Assembly (NCBI GenBank): GCA_034423135.1
Contig: DAOUJC010000010.1
Location: 12,901 to 76,900 of the forward strand
DNA length: 64,000 nucleotides
Direction: 5' to 3'
Origin: Dehalococcoidia bacterium
Lineage (GTDB): Bacteria; Chloroflexota; Dehalococcoidia; Lucifugimonadales; UBA2985
Within the stretch, counting starts at the first letter, position 1; every line of letters starts with the position of its first letter. Shown in pieces: positions 27,720 through 39,442 of this stretch. The position numbers and the translations under genes were made by a program. The notes beneath the pieces are model-generated. The model was not told where the DNA came from and ran no database searches. It saw only the letters and a list, made by a program, of their open reading frames with translations.

Positions 27720-28154
27720 CTACGCCGGCCTGAACACCGGCAGGCTGATCTCGTCCGTGCGGTCGTCCCACGCAAGCTCCACCGCCATCCCGATGCGTAG
27801 CGTCTTGCTCGGATCCGCGGGATCCGCATCAACGTCGACCAGGTTGGTCGGCATGCGGCAGCCCTCCTCAAGGTCCACCATCGCCACCACGAACGGCACG
27901 TCCTCCGCCCACCCGCGATGCGGCGGCCTCACCACGATTCCGAATGTGTGCAGCGTGCCCTTGCCTGAGCACTTAATCCACTCCGTGTTGCGAGAGAAGC
28001 ACTCCGGGCAAATGTCACGCGGATAGAAGTACGTCACCGGGCAGTCGTTGCAGCTACGCACCCAAAGCTCGTGTTCCTTGCATCTGGCCCAGTAGTACTC
28101 CGTCTCCGGCGTCGGCGATGGGAGCGGCTTCGTCGGTGGTCGTTGCTGTGTCAT
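27720..28154 (-). CDS. DUF35 OB-fold/zinc-ribbon protein (thiolase partner)
   Basis: CNDC...CPEC zinc ribbon followed by an OB-fold-like C-terminus. GGAGGAG precedes ATG 28154. Lies directly downstream of the thiolase-like gene. Confidence 0.8.
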   Translation of the reverse strand: MTQQRPPTKPLPSPTPETEYYWARCKEHELWVRSCNDCPVTYFYPRDICPECFSRNTEWIKCSGKGTLHTFGIVVRPPHRGWAEDVPFVVAMVDLEEGCRMPTNLVDVDADPADPSKTLRIGMAVELAWDDRTDEISLPVFRPA

Positions 28155-28176
28155 GTCTCCTCCAGTTTGCGAAGGG

Positions 28177-29355
28177 TCAGTCCCTTGCGAGTACGACCGT
28201 GCCACCGGACGATAGCGATCCGCCCGTGCCGTGGACGAGCGCCAGCCCGCAGTCTGCGACCTGTCGAGCGCCGGCCTCGCTCCATAGCTGTCGCGCCGCC
28301 TCGATGACCAGGAATATGCCGTATGCGCCCGGGTGCGTGTACGACAGGCCGCCGCCGGACGTGTTCATTGGAAAGTCGCCGCCGGGCGCAGTGCGCTGGC
28401 CGCGCAGGAAGTCGGCGGCCTCGCCGCGTCCGCAGAAGCCCAGGCTCTCCAGCGTCAGCATCACCGTGTACGTGAACGAGTCGTAGATCATCGCCAGGTC
28501 GAAGTCGTCGTGCGTGACACCCGCCATCTTGAACGCCGCCGGGCCGGTCTCCCGCGCGATGAGCGACGTGAGGCTGGGCATCTGGCTGATCATGCCGTGG
28601 TCGTGGCCTTCGCCCGCGCCCAGGATCCACAGAGGCGGCTTCTTCAGGTCGCGTGCGCGCTCCGGCGTGGTGACGATATAGGCGCCGCCTGCGTCCGTGA
28701 CCAGGCAGCAGTCCAGCAGGTGGAACGGCCAGCAGATCCAGCGCGAGGCGTGGTAGTCGTCGAACGACATGGTGAGCGGTATCTCCGCCTTCGGGTCGTG
28801 GATCAGTGCGCGTGGGTTGAGCGCAGCCCACTTGCGGGTCGATACCGCCACCTCCGACATGCCCTCTCGGCTTCGCTCCTCGCCGTACTCGTGCATGTAG
28901 CGAGCGCAGGCCATCGCGTAGTTGATGGGCGCGCCGATGAAACCGTAGGGCGTCTCGAACTGGCCGCCGGGAGAGCTTGGCCCGCCGCCCTCAGCCGCGC
29001 CCCCGCCGAAGAAGCGGCGCGAGTGGCCGTTGTTGCCGTGGACCACCAGCGCGACCTCGCAGTAGCCCGCGGCGATGGCCGCCAGGGCGTGGCCTGCGTG
29101 TATCACGAACGAGGAGCCGCCAACCTGGGTGCTGTCCGTGAAGCGCGGGTGGATGCCCATGTGCTCCGCCAGGCCAAGCGTGTTGCCGCCCGCGAATATG
29201 GCGTCGACGTCGCTCTTGCGCAGGCCGGCGTCCTCCAGGGCGTTGTAGGCGGCCTCGGTCGACAGCTGGAGGTCGGACTTGCGGTTCTCCAGGTAGCCCA
29301 GCTCGTCCGACTCCGCCGCGCCCACGATGGCCGCCGCTCTGCTGATGCTCGCCAC
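28177..29355 (-). CDS. Thiolase-fold protein (SCP-x/lipid-transfer-type thiolase)
   Basis: 392-aa thiolase-like sequence (GGSSFV..., GGGLS..HP.GA.G). The pairing with DUF35 is typical of this family. Confidence 0.85.
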   Translation of the reverse strand: MASISRAAAIVGAAESDELGYLENRKSDLQLSTEAAYNALEDAGLRKSDVDAIFAGGNTLGLAEHMGIHPRFTDSTQVGGSSFVIHAGHALAAIAAGYCEVALVVHGNNGHSRRFFGGGAAEGGGPSSPGGQFETPYGFIGAPINYAMACARYMHEYGEERSREGMSEVAVSTRKWAALNPRALIHDPKAEIPLTMSFDDYHASRWICWPFHLLDCCLVTDAGGAYIVTTPERARDLKKPPLWILGAGEGHDHGMISQMPSLTSLIARETGPAAFKMAGVTHDDFDLAMIYDSFTYTVMLTLESLGFCGRGEAADFLRGQRTAPGGDFPMNTSGGGLSYTHPGAYGIFLVIEAARQLWSEAGARQVADCGLALVHGTGGSLSSGGTVVLARD

Positions 29356-29464
29356 GCCTGCACCTCCATGACCTTCGAATCGAGCCGGCCTGCTTTGGCA
29401 GCGCCGCCGTCGCGCCTTAGCATACGCCGCGACCGTTTGCTTGGCAACCGGCGTGGCACAACCC

Positions 29465-29605
29465 TACCGCTCACCCTGAGCTTGTCGAAGGGCGTGAGCG
29501 GATTCCCGATTCGCCCGCTCATATGGTTCGACAGGCTCACCATGAGCAGGCATAAAGGCAGCCCCGCAAATCCTGAACCTAGTCGAAGGAGGTGAGCGGG
29601 CCGGA
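29465..29605. repeat. Intergenic composite repeat cluster
   Basis: Contains CCGCTCACCCTGAGCTTGTCGAAGGGCGTGAGCGG, CCCGCTCATATGGTTCGACAGGCTCACCATGAGCAGG and a partial GTCGAAGGAGGTGAGCGGGCC. The same modules occur at 13541, 15030, 41911 and 45446. Confidence 0.85.
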
Positions 29606-29689
29606 GACGCCAAATGACTTACGCGCCCCGCAGTGCTATAATGCCGCAGCTTGCAGGCACACTGGAGCACGGAAGGAGGTCCAGCCCAC

Positions 29690-30403
29690 GTGGAGGCGCT
29701 CATCGCAGGCGCGGCGCGCCTTGGCCTACGCCTCGATGAGGCGCAGCTGGCGCAGTTTCGCTGCTACTACAGGGAACTGGTGGAGTGGAACTCGCGCATC
29801 AACCTTACGAGCATCTCCGGTTGCCGGGACGTACAGTCGAAGCACTTCCTGGACTCCCTATCTGTGTTGCAGGCCATCCCAGTAGACATATTCGACGGCG
29901 GCGCGCTCGCCGACGCGGGCAGCGGCGCCGGGTTCCCCGGACTGCCACTGAAGATCGCGAGACCAGGCCTGCGAGTCTCGCTCGTGGAGTCCATCGGGAA
30001 GAAGGCCGCCTTCCTGCGCCACGCAGCTTGCTCGCTGGGCCTGGACGACGTGCACGTGCTGGCGGAGCGAGCCGAGACGCTGGCTCAACGGCCAGACCTG
30101 CGCGAGGCGTTCGACGTGGTGACAGCCCGCGCCGTGGCCGAGCTGGACACGCTGGCTGAGCTTGCGCTGCCGCTGTGCCGCATCGGCGGCAGGGTGATCG
30201 CGCAGAAGAAGGCGGACGTTGGCGACGAGCTCAGCCGCGCGGAGCACGCGATCGAGGTGCTTGGCGGCCGCGTCGAGGACGTCGTGCCGGTGGACCTTGA
30301 CGAGATAGGTGAGCCGCGGTGCCTGGTGGTGCTGGCAAAGGTCTCCCCCACCCCACCCCAGTACCCGCGGAAGCCGGGCATGCCGGCCAAGCGGCCTCTC
30401 TAA
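29690..30403 (+). CDS. rsmG: 16S rRNA (guanine527-N7)-methyltransferase RsmG
   Basis: WNSRINLTSI, HFLDSL and the SAM motif GSGAGFPGLPLKI. GTG 29690 has GGAAGGAGG 10 nt upstream; the track start at 29651 is possible. Confidence 0.85.
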   Translation: MEALIAGAARLGLRLDEAQLAQFRCYYRELVEWNSRINLTSISGCRDVQSKHFLDSLSVLQAIPVDIFDGGALADAGSGAGFPGLPLKIARPGLRVSLVESIGKKAAFLRHAACSLGLDDVHVLAERAETLAQRPDLREAFDVVTARAVAELDTLAELALPLCRIGGRVIAQKKADVGDELSRAEHAIEVLGGRVEDVVPVDLDEIGEPRCLVVLAKVSPTPPQYPRKPGMPAKRPL

Positions 30404-30408
30404 TCATT

Positions 30409-31482
30409 ATGCCTGAATCAGGAGACGAAACCATTTCTGAAGCGAATCCGCCACCCGACAACGGAGGGCGTTCCATATCGCTCAGGCGACGCGTTCTGTC
30501 GCTACCGACGCTGGTCTCGTTCGGCGTGGCGGCGTTCTTCCTGACCTTCCTCGCCATTCGCTTTGACGTTAGCTGGGCTGACACGTGGGACAAGCTGAGG
30601 GCCAGCGACCTCCGCCTGTACGGTGCAGCCTTCGCCTCGTACTACGTGGGCTTCATCCTCCGGGGGCTGCGATGGCGCATCATGCTGAGCAGCTCGCAAA
30701 TGGATGAAGAGTCACGCGGAGAGCTGCCGTCCGTCCTGGCCTGCTCCCAGTACATCTTCCTGGGCTGGTTCGCCAACGCCATAACGTGGTTCCGCCTGGG
30801 CGACGCCTACCGGGCATACGTGTTCACCGAGGACACCGGCCACAGCTTCCCGCGCACCATGGGAACGATCCTGGCAGAGCGAGTGCTGGACGTGGTGACG
30901 ATCTTCGTGCTGCTGGCCGTCGCCGCGCTCGCCCTCTCGTGGGTGGGCGACCTGAGTGGAACAGCGCTGTTCCTGGGAATCGCGTCGCTGCTGGTACTGG
31001 TGGGTGTTGCCGGGATGCTGGTGATGAAGCGATTCGGCATGCGACTGGCCCGCCTGCTCCCCAACCGCTTTCGTGAGGCGTATGTACGCTTTCACGAGGG
31101 CGCGATGGGGAGCTTCCGCCAGCTGCCGCTGCTGCTGTTCATCAGTGTGCTGACGTGGCTCACGGAGGTGGGCAGGCTGTACTTCGTGATCCAGTCGCTG
31201 GACCTGACCGGCACGGCCAGCTTCTCGCTGGTGGTGTTTGTCACACTGGCCAACGCCATACTGACCACGGTGCCAATCACGCCCGGCGGGTTGGGCATCG
31301 TGGAGCCCGGCATTGTGGGGCTGCTGACGCTGAGCCTTGACCGCAGCGAGGCGGTGTCCGTGGCGCTGCTGGACCGCTCGATAAGCTACCTGAGCATTGT
31401 GGTGCTGGGCGGCGTGGTGTTCCTGCTGCGGCAGGCAGTGCGCGCCCGGAGGATGGCGTCGGCCGATTTGACTAGAGAATGA
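30409..31482 (+). CDS. UPF0104/LPG-synthase-TM-like (flippase-like) membrane protein
   Basis: Polytopic membrane protein with the RGLRWR motif and a PITPGGLGIVE-type segment. ATG 30409 lies after the rsmG stop. Confidence 0.7.
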   Translation: MPESGDETISEANPPPDNGGRSISLRRRVLSLPTLVSFGVAAFFLTFLAIRFDVSWADTWDKLRASDLRLYGAAFASYYVGFILRGLRWRIMLSSSQMDEESRGELPSVLACSQYIFLGWFANAITWFRLGDAYRAYVFTEDTGHSFPRTMGTILAERVLDVVTIFVLLAVAALALSWVGDLSGTALFLGIASLLVLVGVAGMLVMKRFGMRLARLLPNRFREAYVRFHEGAMGSFRQLPLLLFISVLTWLTEVGRLYFVIQSLDLTGTASFSLVVFVTLANAILTTVPITPGGLGIVEPGIVGLLTLSLDRSEAVSVALLDRSISYLSIVVLGGVVFLLRQAVRARRMASADLTRE

Positions 31483-31518
31483 CTGTTGGGCCTCGCGCCC
31501 TGAGCCGCACGAAAACAA

Positions 31519-31548
31519 GAGAGGGACGCTCGCTTGAGCGTCCCTCTC
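31519..31548. terminator. Bidirectional rho-independent terminator
   Basis: GAGAGGGACGCTC-gctt-GAGCGTCCCTCTC is a perfect 13-bp stem between convergent genes. T-rich tails follow on both strands (CTTTGTGCTT, and TTGTTTTCG on the minus strand). Confidence 0.7.
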
Positions 31549-31593
31549 CTTTGTGCTTCCCTGCGTAACCGGAGCTATCTTCCGATGCGCTCC

Positions 31594-33207
<1,614 letters not shown>

Positions 33208-33236
33208 TCATACCTCCAGGGTTGGACTGGTTGTGG

Positions 33237-33530
33237 CTAGGATACCTTGGCCAGAATATCGCTTTCGCGCAGGACCAGGTAGTCCTGCCCGTCTTCCTTG
33301 AGCTCGCTGCCGGCATACTTGGAGTAGACCACTATGTCGCCGACCTGGGCTTCCATTGCTACGCGCTTGCCGTCGTCGCCGGCGCGGCCGGGCCCTACTG
33401 CCACGACTTCGCCCTCCTGGGGCTTCTCCTGGGCCGAATCCGGTAGGACGATGCCGCCGGCGGAGACCTCTTCCCGCTCAACAGGCTTGACGATCACCCG
33501 GTCTCCGAGTGGTTGAAACGTACGCGCCAC
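33237..33530 (-). CDS. groS: Co-chaperonin GroES
   Basis: A GTG start with AAGGAGG 8 nt upstream gives a 97-aa Cpn10 ([10 protein letters not shown]...GIVLPD...). The 222-aa track ORF is an over-extension. Confidence 0.93.
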   Translation of the reverse strand: MARTFQPLGDRVIVKPVEREEVSAGGIVLPDSAQEKPQEGEVVAVGPGRAGDDGKRVAMEAQVGDIVVYSKYAGSELKEDGQDYLVLRESDILAKVS

Positions 33531-33577
33531 CTTCAGTACCTCCTTGTGTTCTATGCTTTTGGCGGATTTCGCGCAGA

Positions 33578-33604
33578 CTAGCAGTCTCACGGATAGACTG
33601 CTAA
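33578..33604 (-). promoter_or_regulatory. CIRCE (HrcA operator) variant
   Basis: On the gene strand: TTAGCAGTC-N9-GACTGCTAG, compared with the consensus TTAGCACTC-N9-GAGTGCTAA. It lies between the promoter and groES. Confidence 0.8.
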
Positions 33605-33614
33605 TTCCTGGCGA

Positions 33615-33644
33615 AGTATATTGAATTTCGTAGCCGACTGTCAA
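33615..33644 (-). promoter_or_regulatory. groESL promoter
   Basis: On the minus strand: TTGACA, 18 nt, TATACT, immediately upstream of CIRCE. Confidence 0.55.
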
Positions 33645-33798
33645 GAGTTGCAGTGCGGAGAGGGAGGCCCGCTGGCCGCGCGCGCCTTCGCATGCGCCCG
33701 CGCTCAACGCCGTGCTACAATGGGCGGCGCGGCCTGCAGCGTCAGTCCTTTGCGCTGCAGGACCCGGGACGGCGGCGGAAGAACCACGGATAGCTACG

Positions 33799-35043
33799 AT
33801 GTCAGCCTCAACCCACATCTCCGGCGGAACACGGCGCACGATGTGGGCGGCGCGGCTCGTGGTTCTGGCCGTGTTCCTCGACCTGTTCATGCAGTTCCCC
33901 ACCATCGCGCCCTACGCCGAGTCTCTCGGCGCGTCCGCTGCTATCGCTGGCATCGCCGTTGCCGCCTACTCCTTCACGAACATGTTCGGCAACCTGGGCG
34001 CTGGCCCCCTGCTCGACAGAATTGGCAGGCGCGGCCCAATGATCGCGGGCATGGCGATCTCCGCCGCGGCAGTGCTGTCGTACTCGATTGTCCAATCTCC
34101 GGGTCAGCTCATGGCCGCCAGAGCGATTCACGGACTTGGCGCTGCGGTTCTTGCACCTGGCGCATTCTCCATTGTCGGCGACCGGGCGCCCAGCGATAGT
34201 CGCGGGCAGGCGATGGGCTTCACCGGCGCTCTCATCGCGCTGGCGGCCCTGGCGGGTCCGCCTGCCGCCGGCATCCTACGCGACGTCTCGGGCGCCGACG
34301 CCGTATTCATGGTGGACGCAGCGATACTACTCGCAACGCTGGTCATCTTCATCGTGGCCACACGCGGCGAGTCGCTGGACTCTGCTGCCGCGGAGCCGGA
34401 GCGTCGAGCAGCAGCGGCCGGCGCGCCGTGGCAGAAAGCAGCCATGTGGTCGGCGTGCGGCGCGGCCCTGGCCATCGCCGTGGGAGTGGGAGCGCTGGTC
34501 ACTCACCTGCCCATGCTCATCGAGGACCTCGGTCAGTCCGCTGCGAGGACCGGATACGGCTTCGGAGTCTATGCGCTGGTTGCCATGCTGGTGATGGCAA
34601 GCCCAACGAGCCGCGCCGGAGACAGGTACGGCCGTGTCCTGCCGCTGTCCATCGGCCTGACTGTGCTGGCGGGAGGACTTGCGGCGCTAGGCGTATCAGA
34701 GAGCTACGCGGCCATACTGGGAGGCATGGCACTCTTCGGACTGGGGTACGGGCTGGTGTTCCCGGCCGCTGCCGCCATGGCCACTGCAGCGACCGGGTCG
34801 GAGCGGCGCGGCACCGCGTTCGGCATCTTCTACGCTGTGTACTCGCTGGGCGTGGTCGTAGGGGCAGCCGGCAGCGGCAGGCTGGCCGAGCTTCCCAGCG
34901 ACCTCGCGGGCTTTCCGTTCCTGGCTGCGGCTGCGGTAGTGCTACTCGCCGTGCCGCCGGTTGCGGCGGCTGGGCGAGCAGCGACGCGCCCGCTCGGATC
35001 CAAGGGACTGACCGTCAGCGGCGAGAGCGGCGGCTCACCATGA
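33799..35043 (+). CDS. MFS transporter
   Basis: 12-TM pattern with an MFS loop motif ([12 protein letters not shown]). ATG 33799 was chosen; the upstream part of the track ORF lies in the groES promoter region. Confidence 0.8.
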   Translation: MSASTHISGGTRRTMWAARLVVLAVFLDLFMQFPTIAPYAESLGASAAIAGIAVAAYSFTNMFGNLGAGPLLDRIGRRGPMIAGMAISAAAVLSYSIVQSPGQLMAARAIHGLGAAVLAPGAFSIVGDRAPSDSRGQAMGFTGALIALAALAGPPAAGILRDVSGADAVFMVDAAILLATLVIFIVATRGESLDSAAAEPERRAAAAGAPWQKAAMWSACGAALAIAVGVGALVTHLPMLIEDLGQSAARTGYGFGVYALVAMLVMASPTSRAGDRYGRVLPLSIGLTVLAGGLAALGVSESYAAILGGMALFGLGYGLVFPAAAAMATAATGSERRGTAFGIFYAVYSLGVVVGAAGSGRLAELPSDLAGFPFLAAAAVVLLAVPPVAAAGRAATRPLGSKGLTVSGESGGSP

Positions 35044-35119
35044 GCAGAGCCCCAAGTCTGTAGACGGCCCGAATCGTTGACGCTATACTTGCACGTGCCT
35101 GATTCCAACCGGCCGCGAG

Positions 35120-36415
35120 GTGTGTGACTTGGCAGACGTTCAGCCCTTCAGAGGCATTCGATACGACCCGAACCAGGGCGGTGACCTGTCAAGGCTGCTC
35201 TGCCCGCCGTATGACGTCATCTCTCCCGATCTTCAGCGCCGACTCCACGAGTCAAGCCCTCACAACGCCATCCGCCTGGAGCTCGGTCTGGACTCCCCCG
35301 ACGACTCAGAGGAGTCCAACCGCTACACCCGTGCGGCCGCACTCCTCGACGAGTGGCTGAACAGCGGAGTGCTCCGCCACGAGGACAGGCCGGCCTTCTA
35401 CCTGCTGCGCGAGGAGTTCCCGCACCGCGGCGGTAGCATGCAGCGTCTCTCGCTCATCGCGCGCGTCCGGCTGGAGGAGCTCACCGCCGGAGTCATCCTG
35501 CCCCACGAGTTCACGTCGCCTGCGCCCAAGAAGGACCGGCACGCTTTGCTCGATGCAACGCAGGCCAACCTGAGCCCCATCATGTCGGTGTACCGCGACC
35601 CTACCGGCCGCCTCGCCGGCCTGCTTGATGACGTGGCCTCTCGCCCTCCCATGGCGGAGGCGTGCCACGATGACGTGGGCATCACGCTATGGGGCATCCA
35701 GAACGAGGCGGAGACATCCGCCATCAGCGCAGCGCTCGCGGACGCCCCGGTCTACCTTGCCGACGGCCACCACAGGTACGAGACCGCGCTCCAGTACCGC
35801 AACGAGCGGCGCAGCGCCAGCGCTGCGGACGGCGCACGCGACTTCATCATGATGTCCCTGCTGGAGATCACTATGCCTGGTCTCATCGTGCTGCCGTACC
35901 ATCGCATGGTGCGCGGGCTGTCGCAGGAGCAGACGGACGACTTCTGGCGCCGCGTCGAGGAGTCGTTCGACGTGGAGCCTGTGGACGTAACGGGTGAGGA
36001 CGCCGCGGCCGCGCTTGAGGAGCGTCTGGAGGCCGCCGGCCCGGGCCGGTCGGCGCTCGGACTGCTCTCGGACGGCGGCGCGACGGCAAACCTGCTCACG
36101 CTGAAGGACGCTCCCGGACCTGCGCCGTCGCCGCTGGAGCGTTGCGTCACCTGGATCGTGGGCAGTAAGCTGCTGACGCCCGTGCTCAAGTCGGAGGCCA
36201 ACGCGGTCGACCGCGGCATGCTGGCCTACACCCACGACTCGGCGGAGCTGGCAAGGGCCGTCACCGAGGGCGGCTTCCAGTTCGGGCTGGTGCTGCCGCC
36301 AACGCCTCTCGACCTGTTCGAGGAGGTGGTGCTCTCCGGCGAGCGCATGCCGATCAAGTCCACGTACTTCAGCCCCAAGCTGCCCACGGGGCTGGTGATC
36401 AACCGCCTGACGTGA
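35120..36415 (+). CDS. DUF1015-family protein
   Basis: Hallmarks PFRGIRYDP, CPPYDVIS and LADGHHRYETAL. Start is GTG 35120 or TTG 35129. Confidence 0.8.
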   Translation: MCDLADVQPFRGIRYDPNQGGDLSRLLCPPYDVISPDLQRRLHESSPHNAIRLELGLDSPDDSEESNRYTRAAALLDEWLNSGVLRHEDRPAFYLLREEFPHRGGSMQRLSLIARVRLEELTAGVILPHEFTSPAPKKDRHALLDATQANLSPIMSVYRDPTGRLAGLLDDVASRPPMAEACHDDVGITLWGIQNEAETSAISAALADAPVYLADGHHRYETALQYRNERRSASAADGARDFIMMSLLEITMPGLIVLPYHRMVRGLSQEQTDDFWRRVEESFDVEPVDVTGEDAAAALEERLEAAGPGRSALGLLSDGGATANLLTLKDAPGPAPSPLERCVTWIVGSKLLTPVLKSEANAVDRGMLAYTHDSAELARAVTEGGFQFGLVLPPTPLDLFEEVVLSGERMPIKSTYFSPKLPTGLVINRLT

Positions 36416-36485
36416 CACAGCAGTCGTCGAGCAGCCCGCCCGACGGCGCCGCTCAGACAGCACGCCACACCGAGCATTCGCAGCC

Positions 36486-38495
36486 ATGACCGACACACTC
36501 GCACCAGAGAGGGCCAGGCAGCTCCGGGAGGAGATCAACCGCCACAACCGGCTCTACCACGTCCTCGACCGGCCGGAGATCAGCGACGCCGACTACGACC
36601 TCCTCATGCGCGAGCTCCGCGCCCTGGAGGAGCAGAACCCGGAGCTGGTGACGCCGGACTCGCCAACGCACAGGGTTGGAGCGCCGCCCGCCGAGGGCTT
36701 CACGGAGGTGCAGCATCCCGTGCCGATGCTCAGCCTCTCCAACGCCTTCAATGACGAGGAACTGCGAGCATGGCACCGGCGCGCGACCGCGCTACTGGAC
36801 GGCGCAGAGTTCGACATGGTCTGCGAGCTCAAGATCGACGGGCTTGCCGTCGCGCTCACCTACCGGGACGGCGTTCTCGTTCATGGCGCCACCCGCGGCG
36901 ACGGCTACCGCGGCGAGGACGTCACCCGCAACCTCCGCACCATCCGCTCGATTCCACTGTCCGTCCCCGCGGAGGCTCCACGCTCCTTTGAGGTGCGCGG
37001 CGAGGTGTACTTCCCGCGCTCACAGTTCGACAGGCTGAACGAGGAGCGCGCCGCGCAGGGTTTGCCCACGTACGCCAACCCGCGCAACACCGCCGCCGGC
37101 TCGCTGCGGCAGCTGGACTCGCGCATTACAGCGCAGCGCCCGCTGGGCATTTTCGTCTACGGCCTGGGCTACGCCGAGGGCGGCGACATGCCCGACAACC
37201 ACTGGGACACAATGGAGATGCTGGCATCGTTCGGATTCAGGGTCAGCTCGCACAACGCCGTCTGCCGCACCATCGAGGAGGTTGAGGCCTACTACCGGTG
37301 CTGGCTGGACGGCATAGCTGACCTAGACTACGCCGCCGATGGCGTGGTCGTGAAGGTGAACAGCCTGCGCTACCAGGACGCCCTCGGCTTCGTGGGCCGT
37401 GAGCCGCGTTGGGCCACTGCCTACAAATTCCCCGCCACGCAGGTCGTGACGCGCCTGCTGGGCATAGGCATCAACGTGGGCCGCACGGGCAGCCTGAACC
37501 CCTATGCTATGCTGGAGCCGGTGGACGTGAACGGCGCAATGGTCAAGCTGGCCACGCTCCACAACGAAGACGACATCCGTCGCAAGGACATTCGCATCGG
37601 CGATTGGGTGGTTGTTGAGCGGGCCGGGGAGGTCATACCGCAGGTGGTCGGCCCGGTCACGGATTGGCGCACGGGCGAGGAGCGGGTGTTCTATATGCCG
37701 GAGTGGTGCCCCGAATGCGACGTGAATGTGGTGCGCTCCGAGGGCGAAGCCATGACACGCTGCCCCAACGCCGCCTGCCGTGCCCAGCTGTTCGAGCTGC
37801 TGAAACACTTCGTGTCACGCGGCGCAATGGACGTCGAGGGCATGGGCGAGCGGCTGTGCCAATCGCTGCTCGAAGCCGGCCTGGTGCGCGACATTGCCGA
37901 CGTCTACTCCATCACCAAGGGCGATCTGCTTCCCCTGGAGCGCATGGCCGAGAAGAGCGCCGACAACGTCATCGCCGCATTGGAGCGCAGCAAGCAGAGC
38001 CCGCCGGCCCGCGTGCTCTTCGCGCTGGGCATCCTCCACGTGGGGTATGAGATGGCGGAGACTCTGGCATCGCACTACCGCAACCTCTGGACGCTGTCCC
38101 GCGCTACCAGGGAACAGCTGTCGGAGATTCCGGGCGTCGGCCCGAGAATCGCTGAGAGCATCGAAAGCTACTTCCGGAACGAGGCCAACCGCCAGATACT
38201 GCGCAAGCTGCAGCGGGCCGGAGTGAGGCTTGTAGACGACTCCCCTCGAGAGCCTGTCGATCTGCCACTTAAGGGCGTGCAGTTCGTGGTTACGGGCCGA
38301 CTTGCGAGCCTGACGCGGTCTCAGGCGGAGGCGCGCATCAAGGAGCTTGGCGGCTCAGTCAGTAGCGGCGTCAGCCGGAAGACCGCCTACCTTGTGGCCG
38401 GCGAGGACGCCGGCTCCAAGCTGGACCAGGCGCGCAAGCTGGGCACGACGCTCCTAGACGAGCCTGCGTTCCTGGAACTGATCGGTGGGGCGTAG
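36486..38495 (+). CDS. ligA: NAD-dependent DNA ligase
   Basis: Adenylation motif CELKIDGLAV, Zn-finger Cys cluster (CPEC...C..C), HhH and C-terminal BRCT. Confidence 0.95.
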   Translation: MTDTLAPERARQLREEINRHNRLYHVLDRPEISDADYDLLMRELRALEEQNPELVTPDSPTHRVGAPPAEGFTEVQHPVPMLSLSNAFNDEELRAWHRRATALLDGAEFDMVCELKIDGLAVALTYRDGVLVHGATRGDGYRGEDVTRNLRTIRSIPLSVPAEAPRSFEVRGEVYFPRSQFDRLNEERAAQGLPTYANPRNTAAGSLRQLDSRITAQRPLGIFVYGLGYAEGGDMPDNHWDTMEMLASFGFRVSSHNAVCRTIEEVEAYYRCWLDGIADLDYAADGVVVKVNSLRYQDALGFVGREPRWATAYKFPATQVVTRLLGIGINVGRTGSLNPYAMLEPVDVNGAMVKLATLHNEDDIRRKDIRIGDWVVVERAGEVIPQVVGPVTDWRTGEERVFYMPEWCPECDVNVVRSEGEAMTRCPNAACRAQLFELLKHFVSRGAMDVEGMGERLCQSLLEAGLVRDIADVYSITKGDLLPLERMAEKSADNVIAALERSKQSPPARVLFALGILHVGYEMAETLASHYRNLWTLSRATREQLSEIPGVGPRIAESIESYFRNEANRQILRKLQRAGVRLVDDSPREPVDLPLKGVQFVVTGRLASLTRSQAEARIKELGGSVSSGVSRKTAYLVAGEDAGSKLDQARKLGTTLLDEPAFLELIGGA

Positions 38496-38551
38496 CTGCA
38501 TGTATGCCCAGCGCTTGTCATCGCGCCTGTTTGTCAGACCAGCGCCTGTAC

Positions 38552-38772
38552 GTCATTCCTGCGAAAGCAGGAATCCAGGACGATCTCCAGTGTACGTGCC
38601 CACCGCACTGAGTTTCCACTCGGAAGCAGGCCACTGCCTGACTCGCATAGGTGTCCCGCGACACTGTCATTCTGAGCGCAGCGAAGAATCCAAGACGCCC
38701 GCAACGATACACGACCGCGCTATTGGCAGACGCTTTGGATTCTTCCCTCCGCTTCGCTCCGTTCAGAATGAC
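38552..38772. repeat. Intergenic repeat cluster with a MITE-like inverted repeat
   Basis: GTCATTCCTGCGAAAGCAGGAATCC (38552-38576) is one module. GTCATTCTGAGCGCAGCGAAGAATCC (38666-38691) faces its imperfect reverse complement GGATTCTTCC..CGTTCAGAATGAC (38737-38772). Confidence 0.8.
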
Positions 38773-38867
38773 AGATTGCGCGCGTCTGTAAGTTCTTCAT
38801 CCCGGTCAAACAGCGGAGCGAGATCTCGCCAGCCCACAGCGCACCGCGGAGAGGCCGCTGCCCTCCC

Positions 38868-39425
38868 ATGAAGCTCATCGTTGGGCTGGGCAACCCTAGC
38901 CGCGCTTACGCACGCTCCCGCCACAACGTCGGCTTCCTGTGCGTCGACGGCCTGAGCAAGCGCGCCGGCATAGCCCTCTCGCAGCGTCGCACCAGCGTCG
39001 TGCTGGGGCAAGGGCAGGTCGAGCGTGAGCAGGTCGTGCTGGCCAAGCCGCGCACCTACATGAACCGCAGCGGCGATGCCCTGACCTACCTCGTGGCCCG
39101 TTACGGCACAGCGCCGTCAGACACGCTCATCGTCTACGACGACATGGATCTGCCGCTGGGCAAGCTTCGCATCCGCGCGTCCGGCAGCGCGGGCGGTCAT
39201 CGCGGAATGCAGTCGATCATCGATACGCTGGGCAGCCGTGACGTGCCGCGGATGCGGATAGGCATCGGCCGCCCGTCGCAGGACGCAGGCGGCGTGCAGC
39301 ACGTGCTCGGCGACTTCACGAAGGATGAGCGAACCGCGGTCCGGGAGTCCCTGTCCGCAGCACAGGACGCAGTTCTGGACGTGATAGCCCACGGACTGGA
39401 GTGGGCCATGAACCACTACAACTAG
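38868..39425 (+). CDS. pth: Peptidyl-tRNA hydrolase
   Basis: LIVGLGNP...RHNVGF N-terminus and an overall Pth pattern. Confidence 0.92.
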   Translation: MKLIVGLGNPSRAYARSRHNVGFLCVDGLSKRAGIALSQRRTSVVLGQGQVEREQVVLAKPRTYMNRSGDALTYLVARYGTAPSDTLIVYDDMDLPLGKLRIRASGSAGGHRGMQSIIDTLGSRDVPRMRIGIGRPSQDAGGVQHVLGDFTKDERTAVRESLSAAQDAVLDVIAHGLEWAMNHYN

Positions 39426-39442
39426 CGAGACCGACACAAATC

